DNA from: Planctomycetales bacterium
GTDB lineage: Bacteria > 4484-113
DNA: 64,000 nt
Assembly (NCBI GenBank): GCA_037441675.1
Contig: JBBIRS010000003.1
Coordinates: forward strand, 64,001 to 128,000
Direction: 5' to 3'
Part shown: one piece after another, positions 28,732 to 38,775 of the stretch
Layout: every line of letters starts with the position of its first letter
How positions within the stretch are numbered: position 1 is the stretch's first letter
Notes under the pieces: model-generated
What the model saw: only the letters and a program-made list of their open reading frames with translations
Told to the model about the DNA's origin: nothing
Databases searched by the model: none
Position numbers and translations under genes: made by a program

Positions 28732-30579
28732 TTATGTGTTTAATGATAAATAATTTTTTAAGAATGTTGAGAGCTCTTTTGCCTTTGGAACTGCTGATGT
28801 AAGAGAGGAGCCTCCGTTTTCAAGAAAGACCACAAAAGAAACTTGCGGATCATCAAAAGGCATATAACCGACGAACCAGCTGTGAGGCTCACCTTTCCAT
28901 ATCTCGGCGGTTCCAGTTTTGCCAGCAACTTTGAGGCTTGCACCAATCATTTCCGCAGTGCCACCGGGAAGGTTTGTTCTTCTTAATCCACGCTTAACTA
29001 GTTGAATATATTCTGTATCAAAGTTGAGCTTGATTCTTCTAGGAGCTTCAAAAGGAATAACCTGCTCTCCTTCGCGTAAACCCTTGACCACAATTGGCGT
29101 GACGTATTCACCATCGTTAGCTAGCGCGTTAATCATCAGTAACACCTGAAGAGGTGTTGCTAAAATAAAGCCTTGACCTATTGACATATTTGCGGTGTCT
29201 CCGTCGTACCATATCCTATCCACCTCTTTATAGTTTGCTTGAGAGTAATGCTTTCTCTTCCAGACTGGATTGGGAATTAGACCTTCAGCTTCTCCGGGAA
29301 GAGCTATTCGTGTTTCCTGCCCGAAACCGAATTCACGGTATACTCGCTCAAGATTGTTCACGCCAAGCTTTAATCCAATTTGGAAAACCGCAGTGTCGCA
29401 AGATTTTCCTAATACGTCTATAAGATTGAGGGTTCCATGGCCCTGCCTCTGCCAGCAGAAAAATGTCCTGTTCCCAATATCTAACTTACCCTGGCAGTAG
29501 AACGTTGTTCCTTCTGTAACTTTGCCTTCCTGAAGGGCTTGCAGGACAATTATTGGCTTTACCGTTGAACCCGGTGGATAGCTATTGCTAATGGCTCTGT
29601 TAAGCATGGGGGGATAATCCTTTCTTGAAAGTACCTTTGTGAGATATTCATAACCGCCACGCTCCCTGAATTTATTTGGGTCGTAGGATGGCGAACTAAC
29701 TAGAGCTAATACCTCTCCCGTTTTGGGTCGCATTACAATAATCGCACCAGGCGTTCCCCTAAGAATGGAATAGGCTTTTTTTTGTATCTCAGCATCGATT
29801 GTAAGGTAAATATCCTTTCCCTTAATTGGAGGATTAAGTTTCAGTTCACCGCGAAAATGCCTGTTCTTATCAACCTCAACAAGTCTCTCACCGTAGGCAC
29901 CCTTTGTCACATCGTTGAATACACGCTCAATTCCATCCTTGCCAACAAGGTCGTCCGCAAAAATGGAAGGGTTGGCTAGATTCTTCAGCTCTTCAGGGCT
30001 TGGTTTGCCAACGTAGCCTATAAGGTGCGTGCCTGCCTCACCTAGGGGATACGTGCGTAGATAACTATTCGCCTCTATGATAATGCCCGGAAACTTCTCT
30101 TTGTTTTCTTCCAGATATGCAAGTTGGTTTAAGGTCAAGCCCTCCAGAATGGTAACCGGTTGGTAAGGGTATAGCATTTTTCTTTGGCGTTCAATATCCT
30201 TGATTGTTTCTGCGAAATTCAACTTAAGTTTGGATGAAATGCTTTTTATGACTTCCTGGTCTAGCTCACCGATTGAACTTTGACCTGCGTCTATGGCTGT
30301 TTTTGACTTCGTGGGATTGTGCAAGAAGTACTTAAGGGCGGTTGAGGGTCTGTTTATTGCAAGGGGAGCGCCACTTCTATCAAAAATTTCTCCTCTTGGT
30401 GCTGATATCCTCACAACTTGCACTTTGTTGCCGATTGCGCGAACCAAATATTCAGTGTGGGATACAATCTGAAGTTGGAATAGGCGTAGAACTAAGACCA
30501 TAAAGAGCAATAGCACGAGGGCTAGAAAAATCTGCTCTTTCCTTAGTTTCTCCTTTATTTCTTTAATAGCTAAGTTCAC
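28732..30579 (-). CDS. mrdA: penicillin-binding protein 2 (elongasome transpeptidase)
   Basis: APRGEIFDR, RTYP, YPPGSTVK, SCD, KTGTAE; downstream of mreD; GTG at 30579 preferred. Confidence 0.92.
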   Translation of the reverse strand: MNLAIKEIKEKLRKEQIFLALVLLLFMVLVLRLFQLQIVSHTEYLVRAIGNKVQVVRISAPRGEIFDRSGAPLAINRPSTALKYFLHNPTKSKTAIDAGQSSIGELDQEVIKSISSKLKLNFAETIKDIERQRKMLYPYQPVTILEGLTLNQLAYLEENKEKFPGIIIEANSYLRTYPLGEAGTHLIGYVGKPSPEELKNLANPSIFADDLVGKDGIERVFNDVTKGAYGERLVEVDKNRHFRGELKLNPPIKGKDIYLTIDAEIQKKAYSILRGTPGAIIVMRPKTGEVLALVSSPSYDPNKFRERGGYEYLTKVLSRKDYPPMLNRAISNSYPPGSTVKPIIVLQALQEGKVTEGTTFYCQGKLDIGNRTFFCWQRQGHGTLNLIDVLGKSCDTAVFQIGLKLGVNNLERVYREFGFGQETRIALPGEAEGLIPNPVWKRKHYSQANYKEVDRIWYDGDTANMSIGQGFILATPLQVLLMINALANDGEYVTPIVVKGLREGEQVIPFEAPRRIKLNFDTEYIQLVKRGLRRTNLPGGTAEMIGASLKVAGKTGTAEIWKGEPHSWFVGYMPFDDPQVSFVVFLENGGSSLTSAVPKAKELSTFLKNYLSLNT

Positions 30580-31066
30580 CCGTTTTTCCTTTCCCAATGA
30601 CTTTATCAAGCCAGATTGAAAGTAAAAAGGATGCAACTATGTAGGCTAAAATTCCAGCATAGTTTAGGTGGAAGAATTGCGAGATTTGTAAGGGGAAATA
30701 CACTAGGCTTATTATTATGTAACTTGCGAAAATCTTGTAGAGGAAAGCGGAGATAAGAGCTATGAGGATAAAAGAACCAAAGCGCAGAAATCGAGATAAT
30801 ACCCCAGAGGAGAGCAGTAAAACAACACTAAGATATATTACTGAGTTAATAAACGGGATTGGCGAGATAAGGTCTAGGATAGTAGCGGATAAGAAGGCAA
30901 AAGAGAGGGCAATTCCAGTTTCACCTAGAACGCTTGCGGAAACTATTCCCAAAAGGATTAGATCAAAAGAGCGGAAAAATGTTGGGTATCTTAGCAGTAG
31001 GACAAGTTGAGTAATTAGAATAAGCGTTAGCAGTATAAAAAGCGATGTTCCTTTTAACTTTATCAT
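30563..31066 (-). CDS. mreD: rod shape-determining protein MreD
   Basis: 167-aa multi-TM protein between mreC and mrdA. Confidence 0.65.
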   Translation of the reverse strand: MIKLKGTSLFILLTLILITQLVLLLRYPTFFRSFDLILLGIVSASVLGETGIALSFAFLSATILDLISPIPFINSVIYLSVVLLLSSGVLSRFLRFGSFILIALISAFLYKIFASYIIISLVYFPLQISQFFHLNYAGILAYIVASFLLSIWLDKVIGKGKTGELSY

Positions 31067-31947
31067 TTTTGGAACTTTGTTAAGACGACTACAGTTTTGA
31101 TTCCTTTTGTACCAATGCTAGGTTCCGCTAAAACTTGAAGTGTGGTAAGCCCTGGGACTTTCCTGATTTTAGAGACATAACCAATTAGAATTCCCGCTGG
31201 CCTAGTATCGCCACCATCCAAGGAAATGCCCAACGTGTAAAGTTTCTCGCCAATGTTAATCTTTGCATCTGCGGAAATGTAATCTAGCCTTATGGTGGTA
31301 GTGCCAGTGCCCTTAATGATACCTGCAGTCTGGGAGAGAGAGGTGATGGCTGAGATGGAGAAGTCTGGATTTGTAAGCGTCTTCACAACTGAGTAAGTTT
31401 TACCAACCTCTGAAATCTCCCCTATTAAGCCAAGGTCGCTAACAACCAGGTCTTTTACGTTGATGCCCGAAGATCTGCCACGATTTATGATTAGATAATC
31501 CAACCACATTTCAGGGCTTCTCGCAACAACTTCTGCGGCAACCTTGCCAAATCCACGCGAAGGCGGTAAAGAAAGCAGTTTTCGTAACTCGGCGTTTTCC
31601 CTCTTCAGTTGTTCCAGCTCCGCGAGCTTTGTGTTTGCAAGGGATAGTTCACCTTCAAGAATCTTTTCCCATCTAAGATGGTGGGGAAGGCGAAAAATTT
31701 CTGCGAAACTAAATACGCCACTTACAACTCTGTTGGAAGCACCAACTCCCTTTGATGCAATGTTGGTAAGCGATGAATCAAATTTATCTCCAGCTCCAAT
31801 CGCGTAGACTAGTAGGCGAAGAAGGAGGAGACCTGCGAGCGCAAAAAGCACAATTAGAATGGGCGGAGACATCCGATTTTCCTGCAGATGTCTAACTAGC
31901 TTTCCAGTGCCTGGTTTCTTGTCGCGAGATGTTAGATAGACCTTCAC
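31063..31947 (-). CDS. mreC: rod shape-determining protein MreC
   Basis: LKRENAELRKLL coiled coil, AEVVARSP, IINRGRSSGI, GLIG, PAGILIG. Confidence 0.9.
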   Translation of the reverse strand: MKVYLTSRDKKPGTGKLVRHLQENRMSPPILIVLFALAGLLLLRLLVYAIGAGDKFDSSLTNIASKGVGASNRVVSGVFSFAEIFRLPHHLRWEKILEGELSLANTKLAELEQLKRENAELRKLLSLPPSRGFGKVAAEVVARSPEMWLDYLIINRGRSSGINVKDLVVSDLGLIGEISEVGKTYSVVKTLTNPDFSISAITSLSQTAGIIKGTGTTTIRLDYISADAKINIGEKLYTLGISLDGGDTRPAGILIGYVSKIRKVPGLTTLQVLAEPSIGTKGIKTVVVLTKFQK

Positions 31948-32147
31948 CTAATAAAATCTTACTATAAATCGTGTGCGCAGGGGGTAGAAATTATTTAGGC
32001 GCTAGATATTTGCGAGTCAATCTGAAATTGAGTCTTGATTTTTTTAATTCCTTGTGATAATATTTACTACAGCATAAAGATTTTCACAACTTACTACGAA
32101 TTGCTATGCTGGGTAAAGTTAAATTAAGTGTATAGGTGGATGATGTA

Positions 32148-32909
32148 ATGTTAAGCAAAAATGCGTTTATTGCGTTTGTAATCGCGGGAGTTGTGCTTTA
32201 CTCCTGTGGTGGAAGTGGGGGGCGTGGACCTGCTCCGCTTCCAAAGCCCGAAAAGGGAACAATTCGTGGAACTGTTGCAATTACGGGCGAGCTTGTTGAA
32301 AGCGCAAGGGCTTTTATAGGCGTGTTTCTTCCAAGTAGTGTTGAAGCTCTGAGTTTCTATGAGATACCGGCAGGAGATTTAGCAAGCGGTTCCCACTCTT
32401 ACCAATTTGCTAACCTAGACTTTGGGGAGTATAGGATTGCAGTTGTTGTTAACTTTGGCGAAAGTTTCGGAAACAAGATGGAGTACATCTATGCGCCAGG
32501 AACAGTTAGAGTAACGGAGAATAACGCTATCGTAAATGGATATGATTTTACTGCCGAGATTCCTCCCGCACCGGCGGGAACTGGTTCAATTTCGGGTGTT
32601 GTGACTTTTGTTCAGGGCTTTCCCGATTTAACTCCTGAGGAGGGAGTTTACGTTGGAGTAAGTTTAGGGCTTGACCAAGCTTCAGTTGGTTTTGATAAGA
32701 TTGAACCAAGTGAGGTCTCTAATAATCAAGCTAGTTATTCCATCACCGACCTTGAGTTTGGGACTTACTACGTGAGCATCTACGTTTACAATGTCGCCAC
32801 GCACATGCCTCGTTTCTTTGGTTTTTACCAGGGAACCGTGACGCTTTCAGAGAGCAATCCTGACCAAACAGGGATTAACTTTGACGCGGATATTACCGAA
32901 CTAGGTTAA
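32148..32909 (+). CDS. lipoprotein with two tandem beta-sandwich repeats
   Basis: Lipobox LYSC; duplicated units G[TS]I[RS]G.V...SY.F/I..L[DE]FG.Y...GTV...G.[DN]F.A[ED]I; directly upstream of the TonB-dependent receptor. Confidence 0.75.
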   Translation: MLSKNAFIAFVIAGVVLYSCGGSGGRGPAPLPKPEKGTIRGTVAITGELVESARAFIGVFLPSSVEALSFYEIPAGDLASGSHSYQFANLDFGEYRIAVVVNFGESFGNKMEYIYAPGTVRVTENNAIVNGYDFTAEIPPAPAGTGSISGVVTFVQGFPDLTPEEGVYVGVSLGLDQASVGFDKIEPSEVSNNQASYSITDLEFGTYYVSIYVYNVATHMPRFFGFYQGTVTLSESNPDQTGINFDADITELG

Positions 32910-32918
32910 TAGCTTTTA

Positions 32919-34928
32919 ATGCGAAGCTTCCTTTTGGTTATTCTTTTTTTGGGAACGTTGCTTTTCTTCGTGCCAATAACACTAATGGCTCAGGAGACAG
33001 AGCCAACGAGTTCCCAAGGGGAGGTAAGTTCCACGGAGGAGGCAGGTGATGCAAGTAGCGAGGTGGATAATGAGGGTGAGGGAGTGGAGGAAGCTAATGC
33101 GTCCGAGGAAGAAAGTGAAGATTCAGAGAGGGGAAAGGAAGAAGCTGAAGAGGTTGGAGAGATTAAGGTGGAGGAGAAAGTCAGTGGGACTTATGCTCCA
33201 GAGCCAACTCCAAAGATTGTAATTAACGCGGAAGAATTGAAGCGATCAGCGCTAGAAGAGTTGACAGGGCTTTCACGGTTCAGCTCCTTTAACATACAGG
33301 AGTTTTTTGGCGGGAATGCTCTATCAATTCTTGGCTTAAACCCAAAGTTTACCCTTATCCTAGTAGATGGACAGCGAGTAGCGGGTCGAATTGATGAGAA
33401 GATTGACGCTAGCCAGCTTCCGCTACTAAGCGTGGATAGAATTGAGGTCATTAGAGGTCCGCTAGCTACAATTTACGGTAGCGGTGCAGTTGCAGGCGTC
33501 GTGAATATCATTACTAAGGTTCCCCAGGACAAACTTACCGCCAATTATCTAACTCGTGGTGGTAGTCATAGTTTTAACTCGCAGTTCTTTGAACTAGCTG
33601 GCACAGAAGGAACAAAGAAGTACCTTTTGGCATACCGAAGGGCACAGCGCTCAAGCTTTGATCTTTATAAGCGAAACCCTGCAACGGATGGTGATGCTTT
33701 TCTTAACCAATTTCTAAAGTTGCGTTACTCAACTCAGCTTGGAAACAAGACGGAGGTCAATCTTAGCGGGTCACTATTTGAAGAAAACAACAACAACATT
33801 CAGACTACCTTTGGAGGACTGGCGAGACGCGGTGATTTTGATACTACTAGAACAGATTATTCCCTCTCCCTCATCAGGAAACTGAACGCCACTTCGGAAT
33901 TATCCCTATCACACAATCTGAGTGAATACGGGCATAACGTAAGGACTACGCTGGTGAATATTGAGGCAGTTAGTCCTACTGAGGATAGGTTCAGAGATGA
34001 GGTTAGGGATACAGAGCTTTCCTACAAGGGGTATGGGGAGAGGTATCTTATCCAGGCGGGAGTTGGACGCAGTCGGGAACATATAAATTCTCCAAGGATT
34101 CTGATTGAGCGTGCGTCCTTTTGGCTGAACTCCTTCTTCGTGAATTACGAAGCTTATTTAAGCGGAGGAAACAGCCTTTCCTTGGGACTTCGCTACGATG
34201 AGCATAAAAGTTTTGGGAGTGAATTTTCGCCAAAGGTTTCGTTTTGGAAGGATGGGAAAAAAGTTGATTTTCGCATTGGTTACGGTAAGGGTTTTAGAGC
34301 GCCAAGCTTAAAGGAGCGTTATTTTGAGTTTAACTCGCCATTTGGTTACACCGTTCGTGGAAATCCAAATTTAACTCCAGAAATCGCAAATACTTTCTTA
34401 GTTGGGATTTCATTTACTCCAAATGATAAGTCAGCCTTTGACATAACCGCATTCGAAAGCAAAGTTTCGGGGATGATTCTACCCACTGAAGTTAGGTCAA
34501 ATCCGCTGATCTTTAGGGAGATAAACGTTGCTCGCGCGAGAAGCTCCGGAGTTACAATTACCGCTTCTTCTCTTTTATCTCGCAGGTTTCGGTTAAGCTT
34601 GGATCAAACTTATACAATAGCCAAAGATGAAGACACGGGCAATTTCTTACCGCAGAACCCTAAGTATAGGGGGGTACTTTCACTACTATACCAGTCATCT
34701 GACAAGTGGGAGGCGGAACTTGTGGGAACTTTGGCGTCTTCGCAGTATACTAGTCTTGAGAATACGCGTATCGCACCGGGACATGGAACTTTGGACGCAA
34801 ACATTTCCGTAAAGAGCCGATATGGAAAAATTATTCTCAACGTCAGAAATGTTTTTGACCGAGTGAACGGGACTTATGGACCTAAACCAGGAAGAGAGTT
34901 CTTTCTGAGTCTTGAGAGAAGCTTATAA
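32919..34928 (+). CDS. TonB-dependent outer-membrane receptor (CirA/BtuB-like)
   Basis: Plug LILVDGQR..DRIEVIRGPLATIYGSGAVAGVVNIITK; GFRAPSLKE, GNPNLTPE, NVFD. Confidence 0.93.
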   Translation: MRSFLLVILFLGTLLFFVPITLMAQETEPTSSQGEVSSTEEAGDASSEVDNEGEGVEEANASEEESEDSERGKEEAEEVGEIKVEEKVSGTYAPEPTPKIVINAEELKRSALEELTGLSRFSSFNIQEFFGGNALSILGLNPKFTLILVDGQRVAGRIDEKIDASQLPLLSVDRIEVIRGPLATIYGSGAVAGVVNIITKVPQDKLTANYLTRGGSHSFNSQFFELAGTEGTKKYLLAYRRAQRSSFDLYKRNPATDGDAFLNQFLKLRYSTQLGNKTEVNLSGSLFEENNNNIQTTFGGLARRGDFDTTRTDYSLSLIRKLNATSELSLSHNLSEYGHNVRTTLVNIEAVSPTEDRFRDEVRDTELSYKGYGERYLIQAGVGRSREHINSPRILIERASFWLNSFFVNYEAYLSGGNSLSLGLRYDEHKSFGSEFSPKVSFWKDGKKVDFRIGYGKGFRAPSLKERYFEFNSPFGYTVRGNPNLTPEIANTFLVGISFTPNDKSAFDITAFESKVSGMILPTEVRSNPLIFREINVARARSSGVTITASSLLSRRFRLSLDQTYTIAKDEDTGNFLPQNPKYRGVLSLLYQSSDKWEAELVGTLASSQYTSLENTRIAPGHGTLDANISVKSRYGKIILNVRNVFDRVNGTYGPKPGREFFLSLERSL

Positions 34929-34947
34929 ACTTGCTTGAATATCCAAA

Positions 34948-35556
34948 ATGGTAGAGGCATTTCAAATTGGTGGGCTGGAAGTTTTGCAAAAGGGCGGGTT
35001 CTTCATGTACGTCATCCTTGTTGAATCTGTCATTGGGCTATACTTCTTTTTGGAGCGGTTAGTCTATTATTATTTCTTTCTGAAAAGGTGCAGAATAGGA
35101 ATGAGCAGAATTAAAGGTGTTGAGGATTTAGATAAAGTTAAGCATTCTAATCACACCATAGAGGCATTAAAGTCAGCGGTAAAAGAGGGTAGGGTGAATT
35201 CACGGCTAATTCAGCTAATTGCGGAGAAAGACCTTCAGGATGCGGAGAGGGGCTTGACGACGCTTTCAGTTATCGCTCAAAGCGCTCCGCTATTCGGGCT
35301 TTTGGGAACTATTACCGGTCTTGTTTCCGTGTTTTCCACGATTGAGAGCTTGGGTGGACAGGTTACTCCTTCGGACTTGGCAGGCGGTATTTGGGAGGCA
35401 TTACTGACCACGGTTTTTGGGCTTGTAGTTGGCATTCCGACCCTTATCGCACATAATTACTTCGTGTCAAGACTAACCCATTATGAGCGAGATCTTTTCA
35501 TCACCGTCGGCAGGTTGGTTGATGATTTCAGAAAGAAGAAATTTGAGATAGTTTAA
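34948..35556 (+). CDS. exbB: MotA/TolQ/ExbB proton channel protein
   Basis: APLFGLLGTITG, LAGGIWEALLTTVFGL. Confidence 0.9.
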   Translation: MVEAFQIGGLEVLQKGGFFMYVILVESVIGLYFFLERLVYYYFFLKRCRIGMSRIKGVEDLDKVKHSNHTIEALKSAVKEGRVNSRLIQLIAEKDLQDAERGLTTLSVIAQSAPLFGLLGTITGLVSVFSTIESLGGQVTPSDLAGGIWEALLTTVFGLVVGIPTLIAHNYFVSRLTHYERDLFITVGRLVDDFRKKKFEIV

Positions 35557-35562
35557 GGCAGA

Positions 35563-35964
35563 ATGAATAACCTTTCATTAAGACGAAATAGAATGACGTC
35601 ACCGAGCATTATGATTGCTCCGCTTGTTGACCTCATCTTTACCCTGCTGATATTCTTTATGCTTGTTAGCACCTACATAACTCCAAGCATAAAGATTGAA
35701 CTACCGAAAAGCTCAACCGCAGTTTCTGCTGAAAGGAGAACAGTGAGCATAACAATTACTCGCGAGGGGGCTCTTTATTTAGAAGGCGAAAGGCTAAATT
35801 TGCAGGCGCTTGAACAAAGGCTCAAGGAGCTTGACCCCAAGGTCGTGATAGGAGTTAGATTGAGAGCGGATAGGCTTGTTCCTTTGGAGAATGTGGTCCA
35901 AGTTCTTGATGTGGTCAGGGCTTCGCCGATAAAAAGCGTTGATATTGAGGTGAGGAAAAGGTGA
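35563..35964 (+). CDS. exbD: biopolymer transport protein ExbD
   Basis: PLVDLIFTLLIFFM, IELPKS, LRAD. Confidence 0.9.
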   Translation: MNNLSLRRNRMTSPSIMIAPLVDLIFTLLIFFMLVSTYITPSIKIELPKSSTAVSAERRTVSITITREGALYLEGERLNLQALEQRLKELDPKVVIGVRLRADRLVPLENVVQVLDVVRASPIKSVDIEVRKR

Positions 35965-36677
35965 AGCTAAATTGGCTAAGGCTTTTTTTATTATTGGCAA
36001 GCATCTTTATCAACTTCCTCGCCCTTTCAGCCGTTAAGCTAAGTTCGCAGGATAACTTGAGAGAGAGAGCTTCACCACTTCGGCTGGTTAGCTTGAAGGA
36101 GAAAGAAACATCGATACCCAAGCCTGAAAGCTTTGAGCCCAAAAAGCCTGCGGTGAAGAAGTTAGTTAATGATGCACAAAAGCCAGCGGTGAAGCCTAAA
36201 TTGACAGAACCATTGGAAACTCAGCCTTCCAAGGGAGATGAAGAAAGTTCGGCGGAACAAAAAGAAGGTAGCGGAGAATTAGTCTTTCCAGGTTCCAATG
36301 GGGGGTCATCCGTTGATGGAAATGATTCGGGGAATGGGGAGGGGACTATTCCAACGCCGAAGCCCTTTTCAGATGATGAGATAAAGGAAGCTCTAGCAAA
36401 TTACCGCGAAATTCTTTTCGCAAAAATAAATGCTAATAAGGAATATCCCGTAATTGCCAAAAGACTTGGTCACCAGGGAAAAGTTAAGCTCAGCTTCACT
36501 ATAAATAGTGATGGGAAGCTTCTCTCAAGCTCTGTTATAGTTTCTTCTGGCTTTTCTGAACTTGATGAATCTGCACTTGCCGCAGCTAAGAAAGCTAATC
36601 CATTTCCACCATTTCCAAAGGAGATAACAGAGAAGACTAAGGAGTTTAGCGTGGTGATTAACTTTGAGCTTAAGTAG
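35961..36677 (+). CDS. tonB: energy transducer TonB
   Basis: N-terminal TM, Pro/Lys linker, YPVIAKRLGHQGKV..SSGFSELDESA..PFPPFP C-terminal domain. Confidence 0.88.
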   Translation: MKLNWLRLFLLLASIFINFLALSAVKLSSQDNLRERASPLRLVSLKEKETSIPKPESFEPKKPAVKKLVNDAQKPAVKPKLTEPLETQPSKGDEESSAEQKEGSGELVFPGSNGGSSVDGNDSGNGEGTIPTPKPFSDDEIKEALANYREILFAKINANKEYPVIAKRLGHQGKVKLSFTINSDGKLLSSSVIVSSGFSELDESALAAAKKANPFPPFPKEITEKTKEFSVVINFELK

Positions 36678-36815
36678 CAGAGATTATGTCATTACCGCTA
36701 ATGCTTGATGGGGAAGCGGTAAAAGATAACTTTGCAGAAAATGATTTTGATGTTACATGCGATAGGATAAGGGGGAATTTTAGTGCGAGGCGAGAAGCGG
36801 AAGTTAGTTTTATGA

Positions 36816-37067
36816 TCAGACTACCGTTTCAGGCTTTTTGAAGAAGTCATAGTTTATTTGGATGTAATCCTTCCATTTTTCGGGAACTTCATCTTCTGGG
36901 AAAATCGCCTCTACGGGACAGGCTGGGACACAAACTCCACAGTCAATGCAGGTCGATGGGTCAATGTATAACATTAAGTCGTCCTCGTGGATGCAGTCCA
37001 CGGGGCAGACTTCTACACAGGCTTTATCCTTTACACCAATGCAGGGTTCACAAATTATATAGGTCAT
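36816..37067 (-). CDS. dicluster (7Fe-type) ferredoxin
   Basis: CIGVKDKACVEVCPVDCI and CIDCGVCVPACP. Confidence 0.93.
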   Translation of the reverse strand: MTYIICEPCIGVKDKACVEVCPVDCIHEDDLMLYIDPSTCIDCGVCVPACPVEAIFPEDEVPEKWKDYIQINYDFFKKPETVV

Positions 37068-37290
37068 ACTTTTTTACTCCCAAAAAGATTGTAAGACACC
37101 ACAGTGGTTCACGCAATTGAAATCTAATATCAGATTACCATAATATTTCATATTATAACTTTTTTTCGTTAGCAAAAAATTTCGAATTTCTTACGCCAAT
37201 CGTTTTCCTTTAGCGGAAATAGAGAATATCAGAAAAGAAATCAATAGTTCCTGCTCTAATCTGCCGACCTCTGAGCAATGGTAGTTCTTA

Positions 37291-38775
37291 ATGTTCACTT
37301 GTTATACTATAGAATTGTTGGATTATCCTTTCATTCAGTTTGAGTTAAATGCGCTACCTTTTACAGTAATACCACCAAAGTACCCCGCCTATTACGCAGA
37401 TACATTCATAGACCCAAGAATTAACAGGCTGGCGCTTAACCTATCGCGTCCTCCTGAGAAGGCTTTTTATAGTGCCTGTGAGGCATTGAAGAGTTATGAC
37501 GAGGAAACTTGCACAAAATACTTGAGAAAAAGCTTGGAATATGATCCCAATTACCAGGAAGCTCACCTACTTTTGGGCATTCTTGAGGCGGAGAAACTAA
37601 ACTATGAGCAGACGGTATCGCATTTGGAGCAGGCACGGGTTAATCCGCAAAAGTGCGGGCAAATCCTGCGCAGACTTCTACCGTCTCTTAGGCTTCTTCT
37701 TCGGATAAGTAGACTCTATTTCTTTCAAATCTACCCTGATTACTACGGCGCCAGCTTAATTGAAATGAGCGCTTTCTGTAAACTTAGGAAATTGGACGAT
37801 GCGCAAAGAATTTACTCTGAGATAATCAAATTGTTTAAGCCAAGAGATGAGATGAAAGTTATTCTGGCGGAAGGATACATAGCTGAAGGAAGATATGAGG
37901 AAGCCCTGAAGTATCTATCTAGGGAGGAGATGAGAAATTTAGATGAACTTGATTCTACTATGAATATCCTCAAAGGAATTTGTGAGCTGAACTTAGGTAA
38001 ATTCCACGATGCGGTTCTGAGTCTTAAGAATGAGATTAACCCGACAGAGTTGAAGAGTGAGTACTTATGCGGTATTGCTCGCTTCCTCTTTTCAAGAGCC
38101 CTAGAGTTGGACGGATTACCACTATTAGCGTTACAAGAATCGCTGAAGATTGACCAAAAGAGCATTTTTAATCCCACTATTAGAAGTTTTATCAGGTGGC
38201 GCGAGGAAAAACTAAAAGAGAAGATTTCCGAGATGAGTCTTGAAGAAATATACAAAGCGGGAAGGTTGAGCTGGATTAAAGATGATACCCAATCCGATGA
38301 GGAGAAGAAGAAAATTGAGGAAGCGATGAGGAGGCTTTTACCAGAAGCATGGAGAGCTATGAATGTTGAGCCAGTTGAAGAGAGGGGTCAAGTTGCTAGC
38401 CGAACAGGATCTGCGCTTTTGTTTCCACAGACTTTCCGTAGGTCTCTTGGTAAAGGGGATGAGCAGGGGAAAGTAAGGGGGAAAGAGGAGGGTAAAGTTG
38501 ATGAGAAAAAGTTGGAAGAGGCTAGCGCTGAGGAAGCTAGCTCTCAGGGGAGTATGGCGAGTGGCGGTGAAACTCCATTTGAGGAGGGGAAAATTTATCA
38601 ATGGTCAATATCTACTGAGGGCGAACGTGAGTTTCTAAGATTTGATTTCAAAGGAATGCGAGAGAATCCAAAAGCTCTTTTTGGTGGCGAAGCACTTCTA
38701 AAGAAAATTGAAGAGTACGCTTACTTGGTTGGGCTTGCCATATTTGTGATAATTGTTCTAAGGGGTTGTGGCTAA
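37291..38775 (+). CDS. TPR-repeat protein with C-terminal transmembrane segment
   Basis: TPR-like helices (SLEYDPNYQEAHLLLG; GRYEEALKYL); C-terminal YLVGLAIFVIIVL; start may be TTG at 37315. Confidence 0.75.
   Translation: MFTCYTIELLDYPFIQFELNALPFTVIPPKYPAYYADTFIDPRINRLALNLSRPPEKAFYSACEALKSYDEETCTKYLRKSLEYDPNYQEAHLLLGILEAEKLNYEQTVSHLEQARVNPQKCGQILRRLLPSLRLLLRISRLYFFQIYPDYYGASLIEMSAFCKLRKLDDAQRIYSEIIKLFKPRDEMKVILAEGYIAEGRYEEALKYLSREEMRNLDELDSTMNILKGICELNLGKFHDAVLSLKNEINPTELKSEYLCGIARFLFSRALELDGLPLLALQESLKIDQKSIFNPTIRSFIRWREEKLKEKISEMSLEEIYKAGRLSWIKDDTQSDEEKKKIEEAMRRLLPEAWRAMNVEPVEERGQVASRTGSALLFPQTFRRSLGKGDEQGKVRGKEEGKVDEKKLEEASAEEASSQGSMASGGETPFEEGKIYQWSISTEGEREFLRFDFKGMRENPKALFGGEALLKKIEEYAYLVGLAIFVIIVLRGCG

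Noticed and set aside
32030..32140. Fur box or cobalamin riboswitch upstream of the TonB operon
   Set aside because: Only a GATAAT half-site; no B12-box or riboswitch stems visible
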